From assembly GCA_050949225.1 (NCBI GenBank), contig JBMNFI010000002.1, positions 125,003 to 189,002 of the forward strand: a DNA stretch of 64,000 nt. The letters run 5' to 3'. This stretch comes from Bacillota bacterium (GTDB lineage: Bacteria > Bacillota > Dehalobacteriia > UBA4068). The position numbers and the translations under genes were made by a program. This document shows, piece after piece, positions 9,400-18,968 of the stretch (positions are counted from its first letter, which is position 1; every line of letters starts with the position of its first letter). Below the pieces are notes generated by a model, which saw nothing but the letters and a program-made list of their open reading frames with translations, was not told the DNA's origin and made no database searches.

Positions 9400-10544
9400 A
9401 AAAAAGCATGAAAAATAAAATAGCCCCGGTTTTTTTATGTCTGGTGATATTGATTATCTTTTCACTTACAGCCTGTTCAGGCATAGAAAAACAGACCGAA
9501 AAAGCTGTGACGGATAAGGCCACAGGTGATACCTTTATGGTTACTGATATGTTGGGTCGGCAGGTTGAAATCCCTGTAAATGCTTCAAGTTATGTAAGCA
9601 TTGGCCCCGGTAGTTTACGTCTTTATTGCTATGTTGCAGATACTTCTCAGCTTGCAGGAGTAGAGGCGATAGAGGTAACAGGTGATACTTCGGGTAGACC
9701 TTATGTCCATGTGCAGCCGGATTTGCAAAAACTGCCCCTTATCGGTTCGGGTGGTCCGGATAACACACCGGATGCTGAGGCTTTGCTGATGGCTAAGCCT
9801 GATGTTATTTTTACGATGTATGTAGATGATGCTTACGGTGTCGATAAATTGCAGCAAAAGATTAACATTCCGGTGGTGGCATTAAGCTATGGCGAGGCGG
9901 CTGTTTTTGATCCTGCCATTGATCAATCTATTGAACTAATAGGAAAAGTGACAAAAAATGAGGAGCGTGCTGCGTCGGTAATTAATTATTTTGCCTCACT
10001 CAAGTCTGATCTGAAAACACGTACAGAAGCAGTGGCTGAGCATGAGAAACCTACTGCTTATGTGGGAGGATTGGGAATGCGCGGCTCACACGGCATTGAA
10101 AGTACAGACGGTGCCTTTCCGTTGTTTGAATGTATTAATGCTAGCAATGTGGTTACTGAGGCAGGGATTAACGCTTATGTGATGCTTGATAAAGAAAAAA
10201 TACTCGAGATGGATCCCGAGTATATCTTTATTGATGGCAGCGGGCTGCCCTTATTGCTTAAAGATTATCAAGCGGATAGTAGTTTTTATCAAGGCTTAAC
10301 TGCCTTTTCTAAGGGAAAAGTCTACATGCACCTTCCTTACAATTACTATCATACCAACCTTGAGGTAGCAATCAGTGATGCTTACTACATGGGAACTATT
10401 CTATATCCGGAATTATTTAAGGATGTTGATATTGAGGAAAAATATCATGAAATTGTTTCAACATTACTTGGTGCTTCTGATTATGAGCAGATGAAACAAG
10501 AATATTATGGAGGGTATCAGCAAATAAATGTTCTCAATAAGTAA
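9396..10544 (+). CDS. ABC substrate-binding lipoprotein (class III, metal complex)
   Basis: Lipobox LTAC; TDMLGRQV, KPDVIF, DKEKI...DP.YI.ID. Confidence 0.88.
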   Translation: MKKSMKNKIAPVFLCLVILIIFSLTACSGIEKQTEKAVTDKATGDTFMVTDMLGRQVEIPVNASSYVSIGPGSLRLYCYVADTSQLAGVEAIEVTGDTSGRPYVHVQPDLQKLPLIGSGGPDNTPDAEALLMAKPDVIFTMYVDDAYGVDKLQQKINIPVVALSYGEAAVFDPAIDQSIELIGKVTKNEERAASVINYFASLKSDLKTRTEAVAEHEKPTAYVGGLGMRGSHGIESTDGAFPLFECINASNVVTEAGINAYVMLDKEKILEMDPEYIFIDGSGLPLLLKDYQADSSFYQGLTAFSKGKVYMHLPYNYYHTNLEVAISDAYYMGTILYPELFKDVDIEEKYHEIVSTLLGASDYEQMKQEYYGGYQQINVLNK

Positions 10545-10741
10545 ACTTATTTGGCAGAAAAATACCGAGAAGGGGATATTATCTTGGTCTGCTATTTGTT
10601 TTGGCAGCAGAGTTCATGCATTTTTTTGCGACACAGCGTTAAGAGAGCGTAGATTAGTAGTTTTTCGTTTCTCCAAAAACAAAACCACTTGACATTATTA
10701 CAGCAAATAAATTATTGAAAGAAACGGGGTTAGATATATAG

Positions 10742-11557
10742 ATGAAGACACAACGGAAAAAAGCGCAGCTGGCCGAATATCTTACAAGTTTGGATAGTAT
10801 TGTTATTGCCTTTTCCGGGGGTGTGGACTCTACCTTTTTGCTTAAAGTTGCCCATGATCTTCTCGGCAGCCGAGTTCTTGCTGTTACTCTGCGTTCTAAC
10901 TTGTTTCCGAAGCGTGAAATTAAAGACGCTGAACTATACTGTAGGCAGGAAGGAATTGCTCATCTTATTTGTGATTTTCAGGAATTAGAGATAACAGGTT
11001 TTGCACAAAACCCGGAAAATCGATGTTATTTATGCAAAAAGAAGCTTTTTTCCATAATATGGGGGATAGCACGAGAAAAAGGCTTTAGACATGTGGCAGA
11101 CGGTTCTAATTTGGATGATGATAAGGACTATCGCCCGGGATTGACTGCTATTGTTGAAAAGGGTGTCAAAAGTCCTCTACTTTATGCAAAGTTAAGTAAA
11201 CAAGAAATCCGCAATCTTTCGAAGGAAATGGGGCTTTTTACATGGGACAAGCCCTCCTTTGCCTGCCTGGCCTCTCGTTTTCCGTATGGAGAAATTATTA
11301 CAACGGAGCGTCTTTTGATGATTGATCGTGCGGAGCAGATATTGCTGGATCTTGGTCTGCGGCAAGTTAGGGTTAGGTATCACGGGGGTTTGGCGCGTAT
11401 CGAAACCGATGAAAAAGGGTTTATTCTTTTTCAGGATAAAGGTTTACGAAAAACAGTCTATGAGCAATTTGAACGGTTAGGCTTTACTTACATATCTTTA
11501 GATTTAATGGGTTACCGTACGGGCAGCATGAATGAAACACTCAAAAGCAAGACGTGA
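10742..11557 (+). CDS. larE: ATP-dependent sulfur transferase LarE (NPN cofactor), three-Cys type
   Basis: PP-loop AFSGGVDS, RCYLCK, DGSN.DD..DYRPG, WDKPSFACLASR, GYRTGSMN. Confidence 0.9.
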   Translation: MKTQRKKAQLAEYLTSLDSIVIAFSGGVDSTFLLKVAHDLLGSRVLAVTLRSNLFPKREIKDAELYCRQEGIAHLICDFQELEITGFAQNPENRCYLCKKKLFSIIWGIAREKGFRHVADGSNLDDDKDYRPGLTAIVEKGVKSPLLYAKLSKQEIRNLSKEMGLFTWDKPSFACLASRFPYGEIITTERLLMIDRAEQILLDLGLRQVRVRYHGGLARIETDEKGFILFQDKGLRKTVYEQFERLGFTYISLDLMGYRTGSMNETLKSKT

Positions 11558-11632
11558 TTAATCAAAGATTACGTAAATCTAGCAGCTTCGGAGTTGCTAA
11601 AAACGACCGTTATCTTAATTTAGGTATGATTG

Positions 11633-11672
11633 AAAAAACAAAACCTCAAAATAGCAAGAGGTTTTGTTTTTT
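11633..11672. terminator. Bidirectional terminator between larE and CoA-disulfide reductase
   Basis: AAAAAACAAAACCTC ... GAGGTTTTGTTTTTT. Confidence 0.75.
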
Positions 11673-11694
11673 TGTATAATATTTTATAATGTAA

Positions 11695-13389
11695 TCATAG
11701 TTTTTCCCGACAGCGGTGAATATAAGCCGCATTAGCGCTTTTATCGCTCATCACGAGATTATAAAGGGTATATCCCCCGGAAAGATTGTGACAAACGAAG
11801 CCATTTTGCATGAGCATTCTGCAGGCAATATAGCTGCGCAGTCCACTTCTGCAGTAAATATATAAGGTTTTTGTCTGATCGATTTCCTTTAGCCGCTCTC
11901 GCAGGCTATCCAAAGGAATGTGCAGGTTGCCGGGTATATAACCCTCGGTATATTCCTCATCTGTACGAACATCAAGCAACAGGGCCTTTTCATCCTTTTG
12001 GATTTTTTCGACATCATGCCAGTGGAATTGTTTAATTTTTCCGGTCATGACATTTTCAATTGCAAATCCCGCCATATTAACCGGGTCTTTGGCTGAGGAA
12101 AACGGTGGTGCATAACAAAGCTCTAGCTCAGCAAGATCGAAGGCAGTCATCCCCATACGAATGGCTGTTGCAAAAAGATCACAGCGCTTGTCTACACCAT
12201 CCGGTCCCACCAGCTGTGCCCCCAAGAGGCGTCCGTTTTTTTGTTCAAAGATAACTTTCATATTAATCATTTCGGAATCCGGATAATACGTGGCATGAGA
12301 GGGTGAAGAAACATAGATTTTATCGTAAGAGAAGTTGGACTTTTTGACATCTCTTTCATTCAATCCTGTTGAGGCAACCGTTAAATCAAAGACCTTGACA
12401 ATACTTGACCCCTGGGAGCCTTTATAGGTGCTGTTCAATCCATAAATATTATCTGCTGCAATGCGGCCCTGTTTATTTGCAGGTCCTGCCAAGGGGATGT
12501 AGGTGGGCTTTTCATTTATAAGATTGGTAACCTCAACCGCATCACCAACAGCATAAATATGCGGGTCTGATGTTTTCATCTGCTTATCGACCAGGATGGC
12601 CCCTCTGCCATTCATGTCTAAACCGGCTTTTTCTGCAAGGGTGCTTTCAGGAGTAATACCTATCGACATTATGACCAGATCAGCCTTTACGCGGTCGCCA
12701 TTATCTAATTCAACGGTCAGTTTTTTTGGTTCAGGATGAAAGGCCTTTACCGCACGTGAAAGCAAAAGTTCAATCCCCTTTTGTCGTAGATATTCATGCA
12801 CATCACAAGCTACTTCATAATCCAGCGGATTGAGGACATGTTCAGAAAGCTCAACAATTGTAACACAAAGACCCGCACGGACAAGGTTTTCTGCCATTTC
12901 AAGACCGATAAATCCCCCGCCAACCACAACGGCCGCTTTGGTCTCATCTTTTCGTACGTGATCATAAATACGATAAGTGTCAGGAATAGTTCGTAAAGTA
13001 AAAATACGTTCATCTTCTATATTGGGTAAATGGGGAAGGATGGGTTTTGCTCCCGGAGATAAAATCAGCTTGTCATAAGTTTCTTCATACTCTTTATCAT
13101 TAATATGATCATAAACTCGTACAACTTTACGCGCTGTTTCGATTTCCATAACCTCATGTCTTGTACGAACATCTACTGCAAAACGCTCTCGAAAACTTTC
13201 CGGCGTTTGCAAAGTTAGCTCCTCTTTATCAGTAATTGTTCCTCCTATATAGTAAGGCAGACCGCAGTTGGCATAAGAAATATGTTCTTCGCGTTCTATC
13301 ATAATGATTTCGCTCTTTTCATCCAATCTGCGTAAACGTGCTGCGGCGGAGGCCCCTCCCGCTACGCCACCTATTATAATCGTTTTCAA
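11695..13389 (-). CDS. CoA-disulfide/persulfide reductase with C-terminal rhodanese domain
   Basis: GGVAGGA, SYANCGLPY, GGGFIGLE, YAVGD, YAPPFS, rhodanese DVR...IYCRSGLRS. Confidence 0.9.
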   Translation of the reverse strand: MKTIIIGGVAGGASAAARLRRLDEKSEIIMIEREEHISYANCGLPYYIGGTITDKEELTLQTPESFRERFAVDVRTRHEVMEIETARKVVRVYDHINDKEYEETYDKLILSPGAKPILPHLPNIEDERIFTLRTIPDTYRIYDHVRKDETKAAVVVGGGFIGLEMAENLVRAGLCVTIVELSEHVLNPLDYEVACDVHEYLRQKGIELLLSRAVKAFHPEPKKLTVELDNGDRVKADLVIMSIGITPESTLAEKAGLDMNGRGAILVDKQMKTSDPHIYAVGDAVEVTNLINEKPTYIPLAGPANKQGRIAADNIYGLNSTYKGSQGSSIVKVFDLTVASTGLNERDVKKSNFSYDKIYVSSPSHATYYPDSEMINMKVIFEQKNGRLLGAQLVGPDGVDKRCDLFATAIRMGMTAFDLAELELCYAPPFSSAKDPVNMAGFAIENVMTGKIKQFHWHDVEKIQKDEKALLLDVRTDEEYTEGYIPGNLHIPLDSLRERLKEIDQTKTLYIYCRSGLRSYIACRMLMQNGFVCHNLSGGYTLYNLVMSDKSANAAYIHRCREKL

Positions 13390-13480
13390 ACATCATTCAC
13401 CCTTTCCTCTTATATGATTTAGTCTTGTCCTCCCTTGCAATATGCAGCCAACAGGATTAATGATTTATTTTGTAACGGAT

Positions 13481-13795
13481 CTATTTTTTCAATAATTGCA
13501 AAAGTTCCTCTTTGCTCTGTACACCGATAGCTGAGGCAGTTTGTTGTCCGTCTTTGAGGACGATTAAGGTTGGAATGCTCATCACGCTAAATTGTGCAGC
13601 CAATTCTCTTTCCTCATCGACATTGACCTTGCCGATTTTTGCTTCGCCGGATAATTCTTTTGCAAGTTCCTCCAGCACCGGTGAGATTTTGCGGCATGGT
13701 CCACACCAAGGTGCCCAAAAATCAATGAGAATGGGTTGCTTGGATGCCAAAGCCTCCTGTTGGAAATTGTCTTTTGTTAATGTGATGATAGTCAT
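13481..13795 (-). CDS. trxA: Thioredoxin
   Basis: WAPWCGPC, SIPTL. Confidence 0.93.
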   Translation of the reverse strand: MTIITLTKDNFQQEALASKQPILIDFWAPWCGPCRKISPVLEELAKELSGEAKIGKVNVDEERELAAQFSVMSIPTLIVLKDGQQTASAIGVQSKEELLQLLKK

Positions 13796-13869
13796 AATTA
13801 TTACCTCCCTGTTTATTTTGGTTATTAATCTATCAACTTAGTGACTAAGTCCTTTAAAAAGAGTACCGT

Positions 13870-14442
13870 TTATTTTATTAATTCAATACCCTTTTGCAGG
13901 CTTTTTGTATTTAAAGCGCCTTGTGCCGCGGCAACAATATTTCCATCTTTATCGATAAATAGTGTGACGGGAATGGAAGTTATGCCATATATATATGCTG
14001 CTTCTTGTTCTGTATCAAAGTAGACGGGAAAGGAAAACCCCTCTTTTTGAATGTATTGTAGTCCTTTTTCTTTGGTTTCGCGTTGTCCATCTACAAGATT
14101 GACCATCATAAAAGTGATGTTTTCTCCTGTCTGTTGGTAAACCTCATTGAATTCGGCCATTTCTGATCGGCATGGAGGACACCAGCTTGCCCAAAAGTTT
14201 AAGACAATAGGTTTGCCAAACATTTCCGAAAGCATGATGTCATTTCCTTCCAGATCGATAACGGTAAAGTCGAGTGCCGGTGTTTTTTCCTCTGTCTGTT
14301 GTTCTGCTTGGGATAAATTATCTTGGTTAAGGGAATTATCCGGCGAGATATTTTTACTGAGCATGTTATAGGCCGCTATCGCCAGTATAATGCCCAAGGC
14401 AAAGATTATTATTAAAATAAATGTTTTAGTTTTATTATTCAT
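13870..14442 (-). CDS. TlpA/ResA-like membrane-anchored thiol-disulfide oxidoreductase
   Basis: N-terminal TM, LNFWASWCPPC, SIP.T.FIDKDG. Confidence 0.9.
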   Translation of the reverse strand: MNNKTKTFILIIIFALGIILAIAAYNMLSKNISPDNSLNQDNLSQAEQQTEEKTPALDFTVIDLEGNDIMLSEMFGKPIVLNFWASWCPPCRSEMAEFNEVYQQTGENITFMMVNLVDGQRETKEKGLQYIQKEGFSFPVYFDTEQEAAYIYGITSIPVTLFIDKDGNIVAAAQGALNTKSLQKGIELIK

Positions 14443-14454
14443 AAAGATTGCTCC

Positions 14455-15120
14455 CTAAAAAGTTAAAAGTCCTAAAAAGTATTTCATATAGCCTGTAACC
14501 ATTAAAATACCAATAATAATCAGCAGACTGCCGGACAAAATGTTGATGATCTTATAGTTTTTCTTTATAAAATCAAAAGTTGTTTTCAATTGGTCTATTA
14601 GCAGCGCACTAACGATAAAAGGAATTCCTAATCCCAGAGAAAAAGCGAAAAGCATAGAAATGCCTTGCAACATAGATCCGCCAAGGGATGCCAGCAATAA
14701 GGCCGATCCTAAAAAGGCACCAACGCAAGGCATCCAGCTGAGAGAGAAAATTACCCCGAACAAGATAGAGGAAAGAAATCCCAGATCTTTTACAGTGTTT
14801 GACTGCTTGCCGATTTTATTGAAGAAGTTCACTCTAAAAACACCAAGAAAGTTTAAACCAAAGAGAATGACGATGGAACCGGTGACAATATTTAAAGCGG
14901 TATTATATTCTTGCAGAAGTTGTCCGAAGATACCCATAAAGGCGCCCATAATAACAAAGATGACGGTAAAACCCAGGGTGAATCCCAAGGCGTTTTTTAA
15001 GGTTTTTTGTTTGTCCGTTTTCCCCGCCGCAAAATATGAGATATAGATGGGCAGCATAGGCAGCAGACAGGGGGATATAAATGTGATAATTCCTTCTAGA
15101 AATAAAAGCAGATGTTGCAC
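14455..15120 (-). CDS. ccdA: CcdA/DsbD-family membrane electron transporter
   Basis: FISPCLLPMLP and W.PCVG motifs, about 6 TM. Confidence 0.9.
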   Translation of the reverse strand: MQHLLLFLEGIITFISPCLLPMLPIYISYFAAGKTDKQKTLKNALGFTLGFTVIFVIMGAFMGIFGQLLQEYNTALNIVTGSIVILFGLNFLGVFRVNFFNKIGKQSNTVKDLGFLSSILFGVIFSLSWMPCVGAFLGSALLLASLGGSMLQGISMLFAFSLGLGIPFIVSALLIDQLKTTFDFIKKNYKIINILSGSLLIIIGILMVTGYMKYFLGLLTF

Positions 15121-15137
15121 CTTAATCCTCCGCTATT

Positions 15138-15431
15138 CTAATTTTCTTCTTTGTTACAATAATATTTTTTTAAGACGGAGATTATTTCCTTTACTCGATG
15201 ATCAGCAATTGCGTAGGTGACATTTTGGCCTGATTTAGATGAATCTAAAATTCCATGAGCCTTTAGAAGTGACAAATGCTGTGACAATGCCGACAGAGTG
15301 ATGTTGGGAATTTTTTCTCCTAATCCGCTGACAGTTTGCGACTCTTTAATGAGCATACATAAAATCAGTAATCGGTTTTCGTTAGCTAGAACTTTTAACA
15401 GCTCAGAGATTTGTTTTACTTCATGTTCCAT
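15138..15431 (-). CDS. ArsR-family regulator, BigR/YgaV/SqrR-like two-Cys type
   Basis: LANENRLLILCML, SALSQHL, C-terminal KYYC. Confidence 0.85.
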   Translation of the reverse strand: MEHEVKQISELLKVLANENRLLILCMLIKESQTVSGLGEKIPNITLSALSQHLSLLKAHGILDSSKSGQNVTYAIADHRVKEIISVLKKYYCNKEEN

Positions 15432-15607
15432 AAAAATATTCCTTTCTATAGTGGCTCATACTAGCAGTCCATATTGAGGTAGCTATTCTATGTTAGCAGT
15501 GATTAATATTATAAACAAAAACTTATGGAGACTTTAAGTTTTATTGGCTTTTTTGTCGTTTCTCAAAAAGAAGATAATAATTTTCAAAGAATCATAGACA
15601 GTTAAAT

Positions 15608-15651
15608 GTTTTAGATATTACTAATATACTTATATTTGAAGTTGTTGTCAA
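15608..15651 (-). promoter_or_regulatory. sigmaA promoter plus putative ArsR operator
   Basis: Minus strand TTGACA-N17-TATATT; imperfect palindrome TTAG-N6-CTAA overlapping -10/+1. Confidence 0.55.
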
Positions 15652-15882
15652 GACCTTTTAGGATTTTTTATAAAAAAACATGTTTTTTGAATTTGCCTCT
15701 ATAGATATAAGAGTATTAAAGAGGACGAATATATGATAAATATAAAATTTTTTGTTATTATTCTGTCGGTAAATAAAAGGGTCTAAAAAAATGCCGTTTG
15801 CGTCTGTCCGCAAACGGCAAAAGCAGTATCTTTAATTAAAAGAATGAGTAACAATCGGGAAAAGGCAAAGTGGTTGTTTTTA

Positions 15883-18312
15883 TTAATTATGAGTTATTGT
15901 GTAAGTATCAACAACCTTTCCCGTAGCATCTTTAGTTGTGATGAGCAACTGTTTGTTATCAATTGAAAGTATGGAATAGACCATCTTATTAGTAACTGTT
16001 TTAGCCAGATAATCATGATTAACAGGGGCATAGAATTTGGGGCCAGAGATGGACATGATTTGAATAATACCTCCATTGTTGCTGATCTGAGCGTTTTTCA
16101 TCGGATATGTGCGGGAATATGAATGTTGGTGTCCGCAAAGGAGTAAATCAACATTTTCTTCTTCCATAATAGGCAGATAATATTCCTGAATAGTAAGAGC
16201 CCTTTGGATATCTTTACCGTCATCTGAAACAGAAAAGATAGGGTGATGGAACATCATGATTTTCCATTCTTGTGCAGCTGCTTGCACCAAGTCCTGTTTT
16301 AACCACTCGGAAAAGAGGGCGGCATTTGCTTCATTCCCCATCAGGTTACTGTCCATGACGATAAAATGGGCATTGCCATAATCAAAGGAATAAAAGTTTT
16401 TCTCGAAATTGTGCGGGCCATTTTGGGGTAAATTGAAAAAATCATAGTTTGTTGTATCATGATTACCTACGGCCACCATTACGGGTAAGGACGCAAAGCT
16501 ATTGTCAGCTGCCTCATAGAACTTTTCCCATTCTACCTTATTATTGTTTTGATTTATTAAATCACCACCGATTAACAAAAAATCAGAATTGGTGGTTGTG
16601 ATTGACGATTCTAAAAGATTACCCCATTGACCATAATCACCGATTTCCGGTATAGCTTGTGTATCACTCATAAATAGGAAGTTAAATTTGTTAAGATCCG
16701 CCTTTGGGGTGGTGAAAGTGAACCAGTTCCCCCAGGCTCCATCTGTCCCTATGCGATAGGCGTATTTGGTGTCAGATAAAAGATCAGACATGACCGCCTG
16801 ATAAACCCGGTAATCCGAGTCATCGGTAGTTACCATTTGTAATGGTGTTTCGCACAGCTGGTCGGCGGGCAACTGGTTTTTAAATGTTTCAGGGATAAAC
16901 TGTACTCGTTGTAGTGTATTTGTGTGCACCATCCGCAGTCGCAGATTCATGTTGCCATCATTTGTAAAGGAAAGAGCAAATTGGTCAGCTGTTTTAGCAG
17001 GATTTACAGCAGGTGTTTTATTGGAAAACAGCATATATTCGATCAAGGTATAAGATATTTTTGCAGCCTCTCCCCTTGTTGTGTAACCCTGGGGAGCAAA
17101 GAGATTGTCTCCTCTTCCCTCCAGGAAACCTGCCTGCTGCATTTTTTGAATAGAAGTGCGAGCGTAATCACTGAATTTGTGTTGATCTTTAAAGGTGCTG
17201 GCTTGTTGTCCTAAAATTATGTCAATATTGACAGCCTCAGTAAAGCGGTCTAGAATGACGGCCATTTGTTCTCTGGAAATTTTTTCATTAGGCTTGAAGC
17301 TTCCATCAGGAAAACCTTTAATAATGTTGTTAGCGGAGGCCCATGCAACATATTTGTAGAACCATTGGTCCTTTTTCACATCAGAAAAGTCTAATCCGAA
17401 TGATTTGTCTAAAGGCAGGTCATCCAAACTCTCACAAAGTATTTTGAGAAATTGTCCACGAGTAACCGAATCCTTGGCACCAAAAATACCATTGCCGTAA
17501 CCGTTGACAATTTTACGTGCTTTTGCAAAAGAGATATATTTTTTTGCCCAGTGATTGTCAATGTCTATAAAAGAGTTAGACATAGGGGTTAAAGTAAAGG
17601 AAGAAAATTGAGAACATAAGGCCTGAAAACTTTGTTGATTTTCAAGATAGGCGGAGGCTTTAAGGGGAATAAATTGTTCCTTCTGATCATAGGTTCCAAT
17701 AACAATATTCTCGATTGCTTCATTATATGCTGCATAGGGGAAGGCGATTTGGACATATCCGCCTAATGTAGAAATCCTCTCATCTCCCGCAAATATTTTT
17801 ATAAAATAGGTGGCTAAAGGGGTATTGGAATTTTGAGGAGTTGTTTGTGCTTTTTTTTCGATGCTAATGCTGTAATCAGTGTTATCGTTCAGTTTTAAAG
17901 TGGCTAGTTGTTCCTTATTTAAGGTGACGCTGCCAATTTGACAGTCAAATGTTACCTTATCTATTTCGGCTTCAATTAATTTTGTCAAGACTTCAGCGGT
18001 AAAAGATAACTCGCCAATGTTGGGACTTTCTCCTCCTTCTAAGACTAAGTGTAAAATTAGTTCACGCTGTCCCTCTCGATGGTTTTTGATATTTGATAAA
18101 ACTCCGGTAAGCTCATTGGCAGAAATTGGAGCAGACAGGGTGTCTTGATCTTGTTCTCCATGACAAATAACCTCAACATAAACAGGGCCGGACTCTGTTT
18201 TAGATGATAAGGTGTTTTTGCTGTCAGCATAACCAACAGTCGTGAAAATCGCCAAAAACATTGTGACAAGTAAAACAGTAGATAAAATTTGTTTAAAAGA
18301 GATGGTCTTCAT
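15883..18312 (-). CDS. Secreted SLH-domain protein with purple acid phosphatase-type metallophosphoesterase
   Basis: Signal peptide; three SLH motifs (TRGQF, SREQM, TRGEA); FN3-like YAYRIG; SDTQ, GGDL, GNHD, GHQHSY. Confidence 0.85.
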   Translation of the reverse strand: MKTISFKQILSTVLLVTMFLAIFTTVGYADSKNTLSSKTESGPVYVEVICHGEQDQDTLSAPISANELTGVLSNIKNHREGQRELILHLVLEGGESPNIGELSFTAEVLTKLIEAEIDKVTFDCQIGSVTLNKEQLATLKLNDNTDYSISIEKKAQTTPQNSNTPLATYFIKIFAGDERISTLGGYVQIAFPYAAYNEAIENIVIGTYDQKEQFIPLKASAYLENQQSFQALCSQFSSFTLTPMSNSFIDIDNHWAKKYISFAKARKIVNGYGNGIFGAKDSVTRGQFLKILCESLDDLPLDKSFGLDFSDVKKDQWFYKYVAWASANNIIKGFPDGSFKPNEKISREQMAVILDRFTEAVNIDIILGQQASTFKDQHKFSDYARTSIQKMQQAGFLEGRGDNLFAPQGYTTRGEAAKISYTLIEYMLFSNKTPAVNPAKTADQFALSFTNDGNMNLRLRMVHTNTLQRVQFIPETFKNQLPADQLCETPLQMVTTDDSDYRVYQAVMSDLLSDTKYAYRIGTDGAWGNWFTFTTPKADLNKFNFLFMSDTQAIPEIGDYGQWGNLLESSITTTNSDFLLIGGDLINQNNNKVEWEKFYEAADNSFASLPVMVAVGNHDTTNYDFFNLPQNGPHNFEKNFYSFDYGNAHFIVMDSNLMGNEANAALFSEWLKQDLVQAAAQEWKIMMFHHPIFSVSDDGKDIQRALTIQEYYLPIMEEENVDLLLCGHQHSYSRTYPMKNAQISNNGGIIQIMSISGPKFYAPVNHDYLAKTVTNKMVYSILSIDNKQLLITTKDATGKVVDTYTITHN

Positions 18313-18459
18313 AATAGATCCTCCTAAAAGCAGCAGAAAGAAACATGTGAATTTATTGTTGATACAGAATAAAATCTTAGAAATAGTATATAATTCATCC
18401 TCTGTTTTGTCAATTTATGGTGCAGGACTGTGGCATAAAGTATTATTTATTTTTAGGTG

Positions 18460-18489
18460 TTGACAAATTGCCCGTTTACGGCATATAAT
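18460..18489 (+). promoter_or_regulatory. sigmaA promoter of TM1266/hydG unit
   Basis: TTGACA-N18-TATAAT. Confidence 0.65.
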
Positions 18490-18618
18490 GTTTGTAGAAT
18501 ACAACTATTCATGTTTTGTGAGCGTTGCTTGCATAATGTGAGAATAAGAATATTAACTGACGAAGAAGTATGATCTGATTCGAAAGGCTTTTAGCTAAGC
18601 ATTCTTGCTTAGGCAGTT

Positions 18619-18648
18619 CCTTTTGGCGATCAGTCAAAAGGTTTTTTT
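18619..18648 (+). terminator. Leader terminator upstream of TM1266/hydG
   Basis: CCTTTTGGC-GATCA-GTCAAAAGG-T7, 30 bp before the ATG. Confidence 0.7.
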
Positions 18649-18678
18649 GTTTTTATGAAAGAGAAAGGGGGCAAGGCA

Positions 18679-18895
18679 ATGAAACGAGCGACCGTTAGCA
18701 GTGCTATATCAAATGAGCCAAATGTTTTCCAAGGGATAGTTAAGTGTCTCTGTTGATGCTAGCGATTTGGCGCTCATTTCTTTGACCGTAGTATCGAAAG
18801 TAGATATTATTAATAGTTTAACAGGAAAGTTGGATGAGTTAAAGAGCGTATCAGTTCAAACAACTGCTGCTCTAAATGGTGTAGATGTAGGATAA
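18679..18895 (+). pseudogene. Frameshifted TM1266-family iron-only hydrogenase system regulator
   Basis: Not in ORF track. Frame 1 MKRATVSSAISNEPNVFQGIVKCLC* (stop 18754-18756); second frame DLALISLTVVSKVDIINSLTGKLDELKSVSVQT resembles the family signature INxLTGKLG..V.VKT; lies directly before hydG. Confidence 0.75.
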
Positions 18896-18968
18896 AAATT
18901 TGATCATGAATAGTTGTGCTGTGTTGAAAATATTACCGAAAATATTATTATTTCAGGAGGAGAGACTA

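Noticed and set aside
18754-18756. TGA as selenocysteine recoding in the TM1266 remnant
   Set aside because: Homology continues in a different frame, so this is a frameshift, not read-through.
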